In this document: one piece after another, positions 25,515 to 34,700 of the stretch
Layout: every line of letters starts with the position of its first letter
How positions within the stretch are numbered: the first letter of the stretch is position 1
Origin: Thermoanaerobaculia bacterium
GTDB lineage: Bacteria > Acidobacteriota > Thermoanaerobaculia > Gp7-AA8
Direction: 5' to 3'
Length of the DNA: 35,179 nt
Assembly (NCBI GenBank): GCA_046261635.1
Contig: JBHEOL010000099.1
Location: 1-35,179, forward strand
The notes under the pieces: model-generated
Databases searched by the model: none
The model's input: only the letters and a program-made list of their open reading frames with translations
What the model was told of the DNA's origin: nothing
Made by a program: the position numbers and the translations under genes

Positions 25515-25990
25515 ATCCGGCCGAGGCGCCTCACCCCGGCGTAGTCGTCCGGTCTCACCGGGAGCACACGCCCCGAGGCGGGGTCGCTCCACGTCAGACC
25601 GAGCTCCGAAAAGGGGGCGAGAACGAATCCTCGCGACAGATAGCGCGGATGCGGCACCGACACCGCCTCGGTTCGGATCAGCGTGACCCCGTGCAGAATC
25701 AGATCGAGATCGATGATCCGGGCCTGATTGCGGATTCTCCGGCGTCTCCCCATGGACTCCTCGATCTCGTGAAGCCGGTCGAGCAGCACCGGAGCGGAAT
25801 CCTCCGTCCATCCCGCGGCAATCATGTTGAGAAAGGCGCCCGATCCGGCAGGAGCCTCGATGGGCTCGGTCTCCCATACGCCCGAGAGGCGGACGATCCG
25901 GACGGCCTGCCCAAGGTGCCAGAGGGCGCGCCGCAGATGAACCGCGCGGCTGCCGAGGTTCGACCCGAGGGCGATGAGGACGGACGTCAC
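25508..25990 (-). CDS. folK: 2-amino-4-hydroxy-6-hydroxymethyldihydropterin pyrophosphokinase
   Basis: 160 aa: VLIALGSNLG, WETEPI, RIIDLDLIL, VPHPR. GTG 25990 forms a GTGA overlap with the upstream TPM gene stop. The rest of the 487-aa ORF-track entry is spurious. Confidence 0.88.
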   Translation of the reverse strand: MTSVLIALGSNLGSRAVHLRRALWHLGQAVRIVRLSGVWETEPIEAPAGSGAFLNMIAAGWTEDSAPVLLDRLHEIEESMGRRRRIRNQARIIDLDLILHGVTLIRTEAVSVPHPRYLSRGFVLAPFSELGLTWSDPASGRVLPVRPDDYAGVRRLGRIY

Positions 25991-26448
25991 GTTCGCGGCG
26001 GCTCGCCTTCTCCGATGCTGATTTCGTTGGACAGCTCGTTTTCGTCTCGCTCGCCCGCATGGGGAAAGTGATGCCTGAGCTGCTCCCCGACTTCCTCGAC
26101 CGCCTGCACGACGCCTTCCGTGAACTCTCCCTTGCGAAAGTGCTCGACCATGTGGGAGGCCACGACCTCCCAGAACTCGGGGCCAACCTTCTCGTGAATA
26201 CCGCGGTCTCCAACGACGGCGAACTGCTGCTCTTTCGAGACGAGGTAGATCAACACGCCGTTCCGGAGGGCGGTCCGGGTCATGCGGAGCCGCTCGAACG
26301 TGCGCTCGGCCAGCAAGAGCGGATCCTTCCCGTGAGACGAGGGATCGACGTGGACCCGGATCTCGCCCGAAGAAGCGCGCTCGGCACGCTCGATGGCCGC
26401 GACGACGGTGGCGCGATCGAGACTTTCCATCAGGGTCTTGTGCTTCAT
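25987..26448 (-). CDS. TPM domain protein (soluble member of the lemA-TPM-TPM trio)
   Basis: IERAERASSGEIRVHV...NGVLIYLVSKEQQFAVVGDRGIHEKV is a typical TPM/DUF477 signature. Strong SD GGAGGGAG upstream. Confidence 0.8.
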   Translation of the reverse strand: MKHKTLMESLDRATVVAAIERAERASSGEIRVHVDPSSHGKDPLLLAERTFERLRMTRTALRNGVLIYLVSKEQQFAVVGDRGIHEKVGPEFWEVVASHMVEHFRKGEFTEGVVQAVEEVGEQLRHHFPHAGERDENELSNEISIGEGEPPRT

Positions 26449-26460
26449 CCCGGCTCCCTC

Positions 26461-27219
26461 CTACCAACTCCCGGTGGCGCCGCCACCGCCGAAGCCACCC
26501 CCTCCGCCGGAGAATCCACCAAAGCCCCCCCCGCCGAATCCGCCACCGAATCCTCCGCGGCCTCCACCGTAGGTCGATCCTCCCATCATGAACGGGATCA
26601 TGCACGCCGGGCCGAGACAACCCGCGCGGCTGCGGGAGATAGGCCCAAGGACGAAGATCACGAAGAACGGGATGAGGATGAACACCCAGAACGGGATACG
26701 GAGGGGCTGAGGACTGCCCGGCCGGCCCACGGGCACCGGATCCGTCCCCTCCTCGATGATCGAGATCAGGCGGTCGACGGCGGAGTTGATGCCGGCGGCA
26801 TACTGTTCGCGCTGGAACGCGGGAGCCAGTTCCTCGCGCATGACTCGCGAAGAGATCGCGTCGGTCACGGTCCCCTCGAGACCGTAACCGACCTCGATCC
26901 GCATCTTCCGGTCCCGAGGAAAGACGAACAGGATCAACCCGTTGTCGTACTTCGCCTGACCGACCTTCCATGCGTCGGCAGCCCGGATCGTGAAGTCCTC
27001 GACCGAGCCCCCTTCCAGCGAAGGGATCGTGTAGACGATGAACTGATGTCCCGTCCGCTCTTCGAATGCACGGAGCTTCGCGTTGAGAGTCGAGGCTTCA
27101 GAGCCGAGAATCCCCGCCGTATCGGTGACCCACTGATTCGGGGAAGGCGGCACCTCGAGCGCCGCGGCCAGAGCGGCCACGAAAAGGTAAGGGAGCAGAA
27201 AAGAGACGGTCTTGTTCAT
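26461..27219 (-). CDS. TPM domain protein with signal peptide, TM anchor and Gly-rich tail (YgcG-like)
   Basis: VTDTAGILG...FEERTGHQFIVYTIPSL...NGLILFVFPRDRKMRIEVGYGLEG, one TM helix, and a GGFGGG repeat tail. Confidence 0.85.
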   Translation of the reverse strand: MNKTVSFLLPYLFVAALAAALEVPPSPNQWVTDTAGILGSEASTLNAKLRAFEERTGHQFIVYTIPSLEGGSVEDFTIRAADAWKVGQAKYDNGLILFVFPRDRKMRIEVGYGLEGTVTDAISSRVMREELAPAFQREQYAAGINSAVDRLISIIEEGTDPVPVGRPGSPQPLRIPFWVFILIPFFVIFVLGPISRSRAGCLGPACMIPFMMGGSTYGGGRGGFGGGFGGGGFGGFSGGGGGFGGGGATGSW

Positions 27220-27294
27220 GAGAGCGAAATGCCCGCCGACGGCCGCCCCTTCCGGGAGACCGCGGCGGGCAGGTCTGGAGCCCGTTCGGTCCGG

Positions 27295-27957
27295 CTACGG
27301 CTGAACGGGCTGCGGAACAGTGGGAGGAGGCGTCGTCTGCGGCTGTCCGCCGAAGTCGAAATTCACGTCGGGCGCCTGATCGGCACCCGGCTGCGCCTCG
27401 AAGTAATTCTTGGCCACGAACCCGAGAATCCGGCCGATGAAATTGGCCGGGAAGCGCCGCAGAGCGGTGTTGTATCCCCGGGCGGACTCGTTGTAGCGCA
27501 TCCGCTCGACGGCGATCCGATTCTCGGTCCCCTCGAGTTGAGACTGCAGCTCGAGGAAGTTCTGGTTGGCGCGAAGCTCCGGGTAGCGCTCGACGACCAC
27601 GAGGAGTCTGGAGAGGGCGCTGGAGAGAGCCGACTGCGACTGCTCGAACTGCTGGAACGCCGCCGGGTTCTCGGTGATATCCGAAGGAACGGTCATCTGA
27701 CCGACCCGCGAGCGGGCTTCGATGACGTTCTCGAGGGTCGTGCGCTCGAAATCGGCAGCCCCGCGGACCGTGGCGACGAGATTCGGGATCAGGTCGGCGC
27801 GCCGCTGATAGACGTTCTCGACCTGGGCCCATTTTTCGGAGACGTCTTCTTCGAGGCCGACCAGGCGGTTGTAGACGCCGACGCCGAAGAGGGCGAAGAT
27901 CACGACGGCCGCGATGAGAAGACCGACGCACCCTAGGACGAGTCCACCTGCTTTCAT
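27295..27957 (-). CDS. lemA: LemA family protein
   Basis: N-terminal TM helix, then YNRLVGLEEDVSEKWAQVENVYQRRADLIPNLV...RYPELRANQNFLELQ..LEGTENRIAVERMRYN. Confidence 0.92.
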   Translation of the reverse strand: MKAGGLVLGCVGLLIAAVVIFALFGVGVYNRLVGLEEDVSEKWAQVENVYQRRADLIPNLVATVRGAADFERTTLENVIEARSRVGQMTVPSDITENPAAFQQFEQSQSALSSALSRLLVVVERYPELRANQNFLELQSQLEGTENRIAVERMRYNESARGYNTALRRFPANFIGRILGFVAKNYFEAQPGADQAPDVNFDFGGQPQTTPPPTVPQPVQP

Positions 27958-28005
27958 CTTTGTGCTCCTTTGGGCCGCTTCGAGCGGCGAACGCTTTATC
28001 CGAGT

Positions 28006-28293
28006 CTACTCTTCTTCCTCGTCGTCATCGTCGTCGTCCTTCGCCGGAGTGTCGGGCTCGTCGACGGCATCCTCTTCTTCGCCAGCGGCGGGCTCGTCGC
28101 TCGATTCCTCGAACACCTCCTCTTCCGGTTCGACGACGACGACGGCGCGGCGGCCACGACTGGCCGGCGCGGGATGATCCTCGTCGCGCGGATTCGCTCC
28201 GCACTTCGGACAGACGGGTTGCGGTTTGCCGAGATCGTAGTACTTGGTCTGGCAGCTGTAGCAGACGTATTTCTTACCCAGGTTGGTCGTCAT
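28006..28293 (-). CDS. FYDLN_acid family zinc-ribbon protein with polyacidic tail
   Basis: [25 protein letters not shown] zinc ribbon, followed by an E/D-rich C-terminus ending in [10 protein letters not shown]. Confidence 0.8.
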   Translation of the reverse strand: MTTNLGKKYVCYSCQTKYYDLGKPQPVCPKCGANPRDEDHPAPASRGRRAVVVVEPEEEVFEESSDEPAAGEEEDAVDEPDTPAKDDDDDDEEEE

Positions 28294-28433
28294 TCGTTCG
28301 AGTCATCTCCCCCTGAAAAGCGGCGAAACGTTAGCACCCGCGGAAATCCCGTGTCAACGCGCCGCGGATCCGGGCGCGGCGGCCCGTGGGCGCCGATTCC
28401 GATCCTGGCCCTCGAAGACGGGGAAAAGGCGGT

Positions 28434-30098
28434 TCATGGTCGGACAGGAAGCTCGGATGCGGCGCGGCCCTCCGGCTCGTTGACGCTCCTCTCGGCCAGC
28501 CGCCGCGAGCCGTCGCTCGCCGCGCTCGCCAGCCTGGCCGCCTCGGGAAGGGCAGCGATCGCCCGCGCGACCTGCTCGTCTCCGCGAAGCCGGAACGGAT
28601 ACGAAGCGTCGAAGCCGAACGCGGCCGCGATGATCTCCGCCTTGAGCGCTCGCTCGAGCCACTCGCGGTCCGCCGGATCGGCGATCCCCTCGCGAATCTC
28701 CTGCCTCTCGCTCGTCCCCTGCTCGTCGGCATACGCGATGAACTCCTCCACGATCGCCGGGGTGATCGTCAGATCCTCGGTCACGCCCGGGTGGCTCGCG
28801 AAATACTTCACCGCGAAGTTGAAGATCGCGCTTCGCGCCTCGAGAATCTGCAGCACGCGCGGCAGCTCCCGCGGCTCGACGATGATGTCGGGGCGGATTC
28901 CACCACCGCCATACACTTTCCTGCCGGTCTCGGTGAGAAAGACCTCGCGCCCTTCCAGATCGTTCTCGTCGAGGGGATCATCGAGCGCTTCGGCGACGTA
29001 GTAGTCGTAAACGGAGGTGTAGTCCCTCTGGATGTTGCGGCCCGCGGGGGTGTAGTACTTCGACGTGGTGAGCGCGAGTCCGGCTCCGTACTGGAGCGTG
29101 TAGACGCTCTGAACCAGCCCCTTGCCCCAGCTCGTGGTTCCGACCACCAGGCCGCGATCGTGGTCCTGAACCGCTCCGGCAATGATCTCCGAGGCCGACG
29201 CGCTGCCGTGATTCACCATCACCACGAGCGGAAGGCTCAGCTTCCGATGGACGCCGGGGGCGTGGAACTCCTGGAACGAGTCCGGCGTCCGCCCCTTCGT
29301 GTAGACGATCATCTCTCCCTTGTCGATGAAGTGATCGGCCACACCGACCGCCGCGTCGAGCAGTCCGCCCGGGTTGCTCCGCAGATCGAGCACGAGCCGC
29401 TGCATCCCCTTGGCCTCGAGCTTCTCGAGCGACTGGTTCAGCTCGCGTACGGTGGTCCGCGTGAAATCCTTGATCCGGATGTAACCCGTGTCGGGCCCGA
29501 TCATCAGAGCGTAAGAGATCGAGTTCGTCGGGATCGCCTCCCGGACGATGCTCATCGGAATCAGCTCCTCGATTCCGACTCGCTTGATCTTGATGTTGAC
29601 CTCGGATCCCTTCGGCCCTTTCAGGCGCCGGACCACCTCGTCCAGCGGGAGCTCGTCGGTCGCTTCCCCTTCCACCTCGGCGATGATGTCACCCGCACGG
29701 ATCCCGAGCCTCGAGGCCGGAGTCCCCTCGAGCGGCGTGATCACGGTCACCTGGTTGTTTCTCTTCGTCACCAGGATTCCGAGACCGTAGAAACTCCCCT
29801 TCTGCTTGTCCTGCATGTCGGAGTAGGCACGCGGGGGAAGAAACGAGGAATGCGGGTCGAGCGCCCGCAGCATCCCGTCGATCGAGGAGTAAACGAGCTC
29901 GTCTCGATTCAGTTCCTTCGGCGACCAGTACGACGCGGCTTCCAGAACGTCGGTATACTCGCGCAGACGGTCGTGAACCCCGTCGGGCTCGGAGCCGAAC
30001 AGCTTCGGCCCTGCCAGCCCGCCGATGAGCGTGGCGGCAAGGACGGCGGCGGCCAGAAACAGAACGTAACCGCGATTACGGCTTTTTTCGAGGCTCAT
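28434..30098 (-). CDS. ctpA: S41 family C-terminal processing peptidase with PDZ domain
   Basis: N-terminal anchor, PDZ domain (GLGILV...GTPASRLGIRAGDIIAEVEG), and catalytic region VNHGSASASEIIAGA...TSWGKGLVQ. Confidence 0.92.
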   Translation of the reverse strand: MSLEKSRNRGYVLFLAAAVLAATLIGGLAGPKLFGSEPDGVHDRLREYTDVLEAASYWSPKELNRDELVYSSIDGMLRALDPHSSFLPPRAYSDMQDKQKGSFYGLGILVTKRNNQVTVITPLEGTPASRLGIRAGDIIAEVEGEATDELPLDEVVRRLKGPKGSEVNIKIKRVGIEELIPMSIVREAIPTNSISYALMIGPDTGYIRIKDFTRTTVRELNQSLEKLEAKGMQRLVLDLRSNPGGLLDAAVGVADHFIDKGEMIVYTKGRTPDSFQEFHAPGVHRKLSLPLVVMVNHGSASASEIIAGAVQDHDRGLVVGTTSWGKGLVQSVYTLQYGAGLALTTSKYYTPAGRNIQRDYTSVYDYYVAEALDDPLDENDLEGREVFLTETGRKVYGGGGIRPDIIVEPRELPRVLQILEARSAIFNFAVKYFASHPGVTEDLTITPAIVEEFIAYADEQGTSERQEIREGIADPADREWLERALKAEIIAAAFGFDASYPFRLRGDEQVARAIAALPEAARLASAASDGSRRLAERSVNEPEGRAASELPVRP

Positions 30099-30190
30099 GA
30101 GTATCCGATCAGAACGCCATTATAGAGTGGAGTATTCATTCCCACCCCCTTGTTGCACCGACCGGGCCATGAGCCCGCGAAAAGGACACC

Positions 30191-30523
30191 ATGTTCGGAT
30201 CTCTCGGCTTCCCTGAACTGCTTCTGATCTTCGGCGTCGCGCTCCTGATTTTCGGGCCCAAAAAGATGCCGGAGATCGGCCGGTCGGTCGGCAAGGCTCT
30301 CGGCGAGTTCCGCCGGGCCACCAATGATCTGAAATCGACCCTGGAAGAGGAAGTCCGTCTCGAGGAGCGCAAGGGGAGCCTCACGGTGGTCAACGAGCCG
30401 GTCGTCTCCCCCGACTCGGTCAGCCGCGGCGCCGTGCCCGCAGACCCCGCGGTGGAGACCGCTGCTACCGGCACATCCGAGAGTGAAGTCGCGCGGCCCA
30501 CCTCCGCACAGGCTGGCGAATGA
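30191..30523 (+). CDS. tatA: twin-arginine translocase TatA/E (or TatB-like) subunit
   Basis: MFGSLGFPELLLIFGVALLIFGPKKMPEIGRSVGKALGEFR. Confidence 0.9.
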   Translation: MFGSLGFPELLLIFGVALLIFGPKKMPEIGRSVGKALGEFRRATNDLKSTLEEEVRLEERKGSLTVVNEPVVSPDSVSRGAVPADPAVETAATGTSESEVARPTSAQAGE

Positions 30524-31305
30524 GTGGGGCCGAGCGCGCCGCGGGCGCGGAGTGGGACGAGCAGGACGAATCCGATCTGAAGCGCATGTCGTTCCTCGAG
30601 CACCTCGAGGAGCTTCGCAAGCGCCTCATGATCTCGGCCATCGCCCTGGTCGTCGCTTTCCTCGCCTGCTGGAGCTTCGCCGAACCGATCTTCGGCATCC
30701 TCCAGAGACCGATCATCCGGTTGCTCGAACCGGGAGAGAAGCTCGCCTTCACCCGCCTGGCCGCCCCCTTCTTCCTCTACATGAAGGTGGCCTTCTTCGC
30801 CGGCATCTTCCTCGCCTCCCCCATCATTCTCTGGCAGGTCTGGCGATTCATCTCCCCTGGCCTCTACCGGCACGAGCGGCGCTATGCGGGCCCATTCATC
30901 ATCTTTTCGAGCCTCTTCTTCATCGCCGGCGGCTATTTCGGATACGCCATCGTCTTCCCGATGGCCGCCGCCTTCTTTCTCGAGATGGGAAGGCAGTTCC
31001 AGCAGGTCATCACGATCGACGACTATTTCGGCTTCGCGAGCAAGATCATCCTCGGGATGGGACTGGTCTTCGAGACTCCGATCCTGATCTTTTTTCTTTC
31101 CCGCCTCGGCATCGTGACTCCGAAATTCCTGCTCGCCAAGTTCAAGTACGCCGTCGTCATCATCTTCATCATCGCGGCCATCATTACCCCGACTCCCGAC
31201 ATCGTCACCCAGTCGGCACTCGCCATCCCGATGATCGTCCTCTATCTGCTCGGGATCGGGATCTCGATCCTGTTCGGGAAGAAGACCCCGCGAGAAGAGG
31301 CGTAA
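30520..31305 (+). CDS. tatC: twin-arginine translocase subunit TatC
   Basis: MSFLEHLEELRKRL, six TM helices, and the PGLY..ER motif. ATGA overlap with the tatA stop. An internal ATG at 30586 is an alternative start. Confidence 0.93.
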   Translation: MSGAERAAGAEWDEQDESDLKRMSFLEHLEELRKRLMISAIALVVAFLACWSFAEPIFGILQRPIIRLLEPGEKLAFTRLAAPFFLYMKVAFFAGIFLASPIILWQVWRFISPGLYRHERRYAGPFIIFSSLFFIAGGYFGYAIVFPMAAAFFLEMGRQFQQVITIDDYFGFASKIILGMGLVFETPILIFFLSRLGIVTPKFLLAKFKYAVVIIFIIAAIITPTPDIVTQSALAIPMIVLYLLGIGISILFGKKTPREEA

Positions 31306-31320
31306 GAACCTCGGCCAGAC

Positions 31321-31782
31321 TCAAGGCAGAGGATCGGGCTCGGGCGACCACGCGAGCCGCGCGATTCTCCACTCTCCGTCCTCTTTCCTGAAGCTCGCCA
31401 GGTAACGGTCGCGGATCGAGATTTCCCCCGCCGTCTGCTTCGACACGAGATATCCGAGGCGCACTCCGTGAGCCGACCCCATCTTCCGGTCGACCGCGGG
31501 ATCCTCGACCGTGTATGAGATCTCCAGCTTCTGCTCGGCGAACAGCGCCCGATAGGACGCGGCGACCGCGGGCAATCCTCGCATCGTCGCCCCATCCGGA
31601 GTGAAGACCACGGCGTCCTCGGTGAACAGCGAGACGATCAGCGGCACATTTCCCTGCTTCTCCGCCGACTCGAGCATCCGGATCACGGTGGCGAGGTCCT
31701 GCGGGTCGGGCTGCGGCCGGATCGAAGCGCAGCCGGCGGCGAGCAGGATGGTTGCAAGAAGTGCGGCGTGCGGTGTCTTCAT
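31321..31782 (-). CDS. NTF2-like (SnoaL/DUF4440-type) lipoprotein
   Basis: [19 protein letters not shown] lipobox, then a domain of about 130 aa with the NTF2-like pattern ([13 protein letters not shown]...[18 protein letters not shown]). Only the C-terminal 153 codons of the 562-aa ORF-track entry are credible. Confidence 0.65.
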   Translation of the reverse strand: MKTPHAALLATILLAAGCASIRPQPDPQDLATVIRMLESAEKQGNVPLIVSLFTEDAVVFTPDGATMRGLPAVAASYRALFAEQKLEISYTVEDPAVDRKMGSAHGVRLGYLVSKQTAGEISIRDRYLASFRKEDGEWRIARLAWSPEPDPLP

Positions 31783-31884
31783 GGCCGAATCATAGCCGGA
31801 TCCTGCCGCGGAGCAGCGACAGGCCCGCGAGCACCCGCCACCCGGATTGATGGAATTCGCCCCCGGCTGCACTACACTCCCGTC

Positions 31885-32811
31885 GTGACGGACGCCTGCT
31901 CCCCCTATCTCTGTTTCAGCCGCGCCGACTGGGCGCGCCTCAGGGGCGGAACGCCGCTGACCCTCCACGAGCGCGATCTCGAGGAGCTTTCCAGCATCGA
32001 CCAGAGGCTCTCGATGCGGGAGGTCGAAGAGGTCTACCTCCCCCTCTCGCGCCTCCTGAACCTCCATATCGAAGCGGTCTCCGACCTCCACCGGGTGACG
32101 AGCACGTTTCTCGGATCGCTCGCTCCGAAAGTCCCTTACGTGATCGCGCTCGCCGGAAGCGTCGCGGCGGGCAAGAGCACCACGGCGCGTATTCTCAAGA
32201 CACTGCTGTCGCGGTGGCCGGACCATCCGCGCGTCGAGCTCGTGACCACGGACGGCTTTCTCTTTCCGAACCGGATCCTCGAGGAACGTGGCCTGATGGA
32301 TCGGAAGGGCTTTCCCGAAAGCTACGATCTTCCCCGGCTCGTCCGGTTCGTTTCGGATCTCAAGTCCGGCCGGTTTCCGATCAGCGCGCCGGTCTACTCG
32401 CACTTCCACTATGACGTGCTCGAAAGCGAGACACAGCTCGTCAGCGACGCCGATATCGTCATCCTCGAGGGGCTGAACGTCCTTCAGAGCGGTGTGGCGC
32501 ACATGGTCTTCGTCTCCGACTTCGTCGACTTCTCGATCTATGTCGATGCGCCCGAAGGGCAACTCGAGACGTGGTACCTCGACCGTTTCCGGCGCCTGCG
32601 CGATACGGCCTTCCAGGACCCCAGCTCGTATTTTCACTACTTCGCGGAGATGAGCGAGGCGGAGGCGATGGCGATGGTGGGGGAGGTCTGGACGCGGATC
32701 AACCTCGCGAACCTGCGGGCCAACATCGCCCCGACGCGGGAGAAGTCGACTCTGATCCTCCAGAAGGGTCTCGACCACGTGGTCGAGCAGATCCTGCTGA
32801 GGAAGCTCTGA
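31885..32811 (+). CDS. coaA: type I pantothenate kinase
   Basis: Collinear with enterobacterial CoaA as I remember it: [15 protein letters not shown], Walker [57 protein letters not shown] 31885 is preferred because ATG 31768 would overlap the divergent lipoprotein gene. Confidence 0.92.
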   Translation: MTDACSPYLCFSRADWARLRGGTPLTLHERDLEELSSIDQRLSMREVEEVYLPLSRLLNLHIEAVSDLHRVTSTFLGSLAPKVPYVIALAGSVAAGKSTTARILKTLLSRWPDHPRVELVTTDGFLFPNRILEERGLMDRKGFPESYDLPRLVRFVSDLKSGRFPISAPVYSHFHYDVLESETQLVSDADIVILEGLNVLQSGVAHMVFVSDFVDFSIYVDAPEGQLETWYLDRFRRLRDTAFQDPSSYFHYFAEMSEAEAMAMVGEVWTRINLANLRANIAPTREKSTLILQKGLDHVVEQILLRKL

Positions 32812-32815
32812 GTGT

Positions 32816-32938
32816 GTGGCGGAGGATCTTTTCCTCCCCCATCGTGCCGCCTGGATCCTCGCTCTCCGACGCTCTCCCCGGTCCGGGGGGACCTCGGATT
32901 CACGATTGCGGGCAGCGGAGGAGAAGATCCTCCGCCAC
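32816..32938 (+). other. rod-like 22-bp helix enclosing 79 nt, located between coaA and the NSS transporter (structured leader or inverted-repeat element)
   Basis: GTGGCGGAGGATCTTTTCCTCC (32816-32837) pairs with GGAGGAGAAGATCCTCCGCCAC (32917-32938): 22 bp with one G-U pair. Nested pairs inside: ATCGTG (32841-32846) with CACGAT (32901-32906), and TCCGA (32865-32869) with TCGGA (32894-32898). A second hairpin, GTTGCA-N10-TGCAAC, lies at 32945-32966. Confidence 0.6.
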
Positions 32939-33007
32939 GCCAGGGTTGCAATCTCATCCGTGCAACGCCATAGTGACCGGCCATCAACTCGTAAGGTCTG
33001 AGGTGCC

Positions 33008-34636
33008 ATGGCAGATCAGGGACATCACGAGACACATTCACATCCCGAGCGGTGGGGATCCCGGGTCGGCGTCATCCTCGCCGTCGCCGGCTCCGCGGTA
33101 GGGCTGGGGAACTTCCTCCGCTTCCCGGGACAGGCAGCCGCGAACGGCGGCGGCGCCTTCATGATCCCCTACTTCTGCGCTCTTCTTTTCCTCGGGATCC
33201 CGGTCGGATGGGCCGAATGGACGATGGCGCGGTACGGTGGGCGGAAGGGATTTCACTCGGCGCCCGGCATTCTCGGCGTCATCGGAAAAGGGGCGATCGC
33301 CCGCTACCTCGGAATCACCGGCGTGTTGGTCCCCCTCGCCGTGTCCTTCTATTACACGTTCATCGAGGCCTGGTGTCTCGGCTACTTCTGGCACTACCTG
33401 ACCGGAGGTCTAGGCATCGATCCGACCACCCCGGTCGCCGAGCAGGCAGCAACCGCATCCTCGTTCTTCAATGGCTTCGTCGGGAACAACGCGAACGGCC
33501 TGCTGTTCGGCGGGAGTTACGAGACCTTCGTCTTCTGGATCATCACGTTTGCGATCAACATCTGGTTCGTCTTCCGCGGCCTCTCGAAGGGGATCGAAGC
33601 CTTCTGCCGCTGGGCAATGCCGCTCATGGCGGTCGCCGCGATCATCGTCCTGATCCGCGTTCTCACGCTCGGGACCCCCGATCCTTCGAACCCGGATCAG
33701 AACGTCATCAACGGCCTGGGCTACATGTGGAATCCCGACTTCCGGGCCCTCGCGAACCCGCAGACATGGCTCGCAGCCGCGGGTCAGATCTTCTTCAGTA
33801 TCTCGATCGGTTTCGGCATCATCATCAACTACGCTTCGTATCTCCGGAAAAAGGACGACGTCGTTCTCTCGGGCCTGACGTCGACGGCGACCAATGAGGT
33901 GTTCGAGGTCAGCTTCGGCGGCCTGATCACCCTCACCGCTTCGTTCGTATTTCTCGGCGTCAGCGGAACGGCGGCCGCGGTCGCAACCGGCACGTTCGGC
34001 CTCGGTTTCAACACCCTCCCGGTCGTCTTCGCGCACATGGGCGCGTTCGGCAACGCCATCGGCGCGATCTGGTTCTTCATGCTATTCCTCGCTGCCGTCA
34101 CCAGCTCGCTCTCGATGTACCAGCCGAGCCTCGCGTTCTTCCAGGAGTCGCTCGGAATCACCCGCAAGGACGCCACGAAGATCCTGGTCGCCATCTGCGG
34201 AATCGGGTCGTTCCTGACGATCTGGTTCACGAAGGACAGCATCTTCTGGTCGACGATCGACTCCTGGGTCGGCACGTTTCTCATCTTCATCATGGCCATG
34301 ATCCAGATCATCTGCTTCAGCTGGATCTTCGGCATCGACCGAGGCCTGAAGGAAGCGCACGAGGGAGCCGAGATCCGGATTCCGCGCTTCTATCGCCCGA
34401 TTTTCAAGTACGTGGCGCCGCTCTACCTGATCGTGGTCTTCATCGCGTTCTGCTACACCAACCTCGGATCGTGGATCGATGGCGTTCGCCAGCAGCCGGC
34501 CGCCCAGATCGCCCTCGGCCTCATTCTTGCCGTCACGATCTTCCTGGTCGTCTGTCTGCGGATCGGCGAGAAACGCTGGCGCGCCGCCGGGCTCGACCTC
34601 GACGGCAGGTTCGAGCCGGCGGATGAGGAGTCCTGA
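33008..34636 (+). CDS. sodium-dependent transporter, NSS (SNF) family
   Basis: RWGSRVGVILAVAGSAVGLGNFLRFP, GGGAFMIPY, and about 11-12 TM helices. Confidence 0.93.
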   Translation: MADQGHHETHSHPERWGSRVGVILAVAGSAVGLGNFLRFPGQAAANGGGAFMIPYFCALLFLGIPVGWAEWTMARYGGRKGFHSAPGILGVIGKGAIARYLGITGVLVPLAVSFYYTFIEAWCLGYFWHYLTGGLGIDPTTPVAEQAATASSFFNGFVGNNANGLLFGGSYETFVFWIITFAINIWFVFRGLSKGIEAFCRWAMPLMAVAAIIVLIRVLTLGTPDPSNPDQNVINGLGYMWNPDFRALANPQTWLAAAGQIFFSISIGFGIIINYASYLRKKDDVVLSGLTSTATNEVFEVSFGGLITLTASFVFLGVSGTAAAVATGTFGLGFNTLPVVFAHMGAFGNAIGAIWFFMLFLAAVTSSLSMYQPSLAFFQESLGITRKDATKILVAICGIGSFLTIWFTKDSIFWSTIDSWVGTFLIFIMAMIQIICFSWIFGIDRGLKEAHEGAEIRIPRFYRPIFKYVAPLYLIVVFIAFCYTNLGSWIDGVRQQPAAQIALGLILAVTIFLVVCLRIGEKRWRAAGLDLDGRFEPADEES

Positions 34637-34700
34637 TCATGAAGGACGCAACGATGCAGACTGCGCTTCTGTCCCGAGAGCGGCGCGCAAGGAGGAGTCG

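Noticed and set aside
25991-26971. Upstream 327 codons of the 487-aa minus-strand ORF containing folK
   Set aside because: The sequence is Arg/Gly/Pro-rich with no motifs, and it overlaps two well-supported TPM genes in other frames. folK homology begins at the GTG at 25990.
32812-33007. Known riboswitch class (SAM-I, SAM-II, glycine) upstream of the NSS transporter
   Set aside because: I could not find the conserved cores of these classes by eye, for example the GGAGAG…ACCGAAGG of glycine aptamers or the SAM-I four-way junction signature. It is kept only as an unclassified structured leader.
31783-33009. Upstream about 400 codons of the 562-aa minus-strand ORF
   Set aside because: It runs antisense to coaA and has no recognisable domain. 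Only the last 153 codons, starting with a lipoprotein signal peptide, look real.
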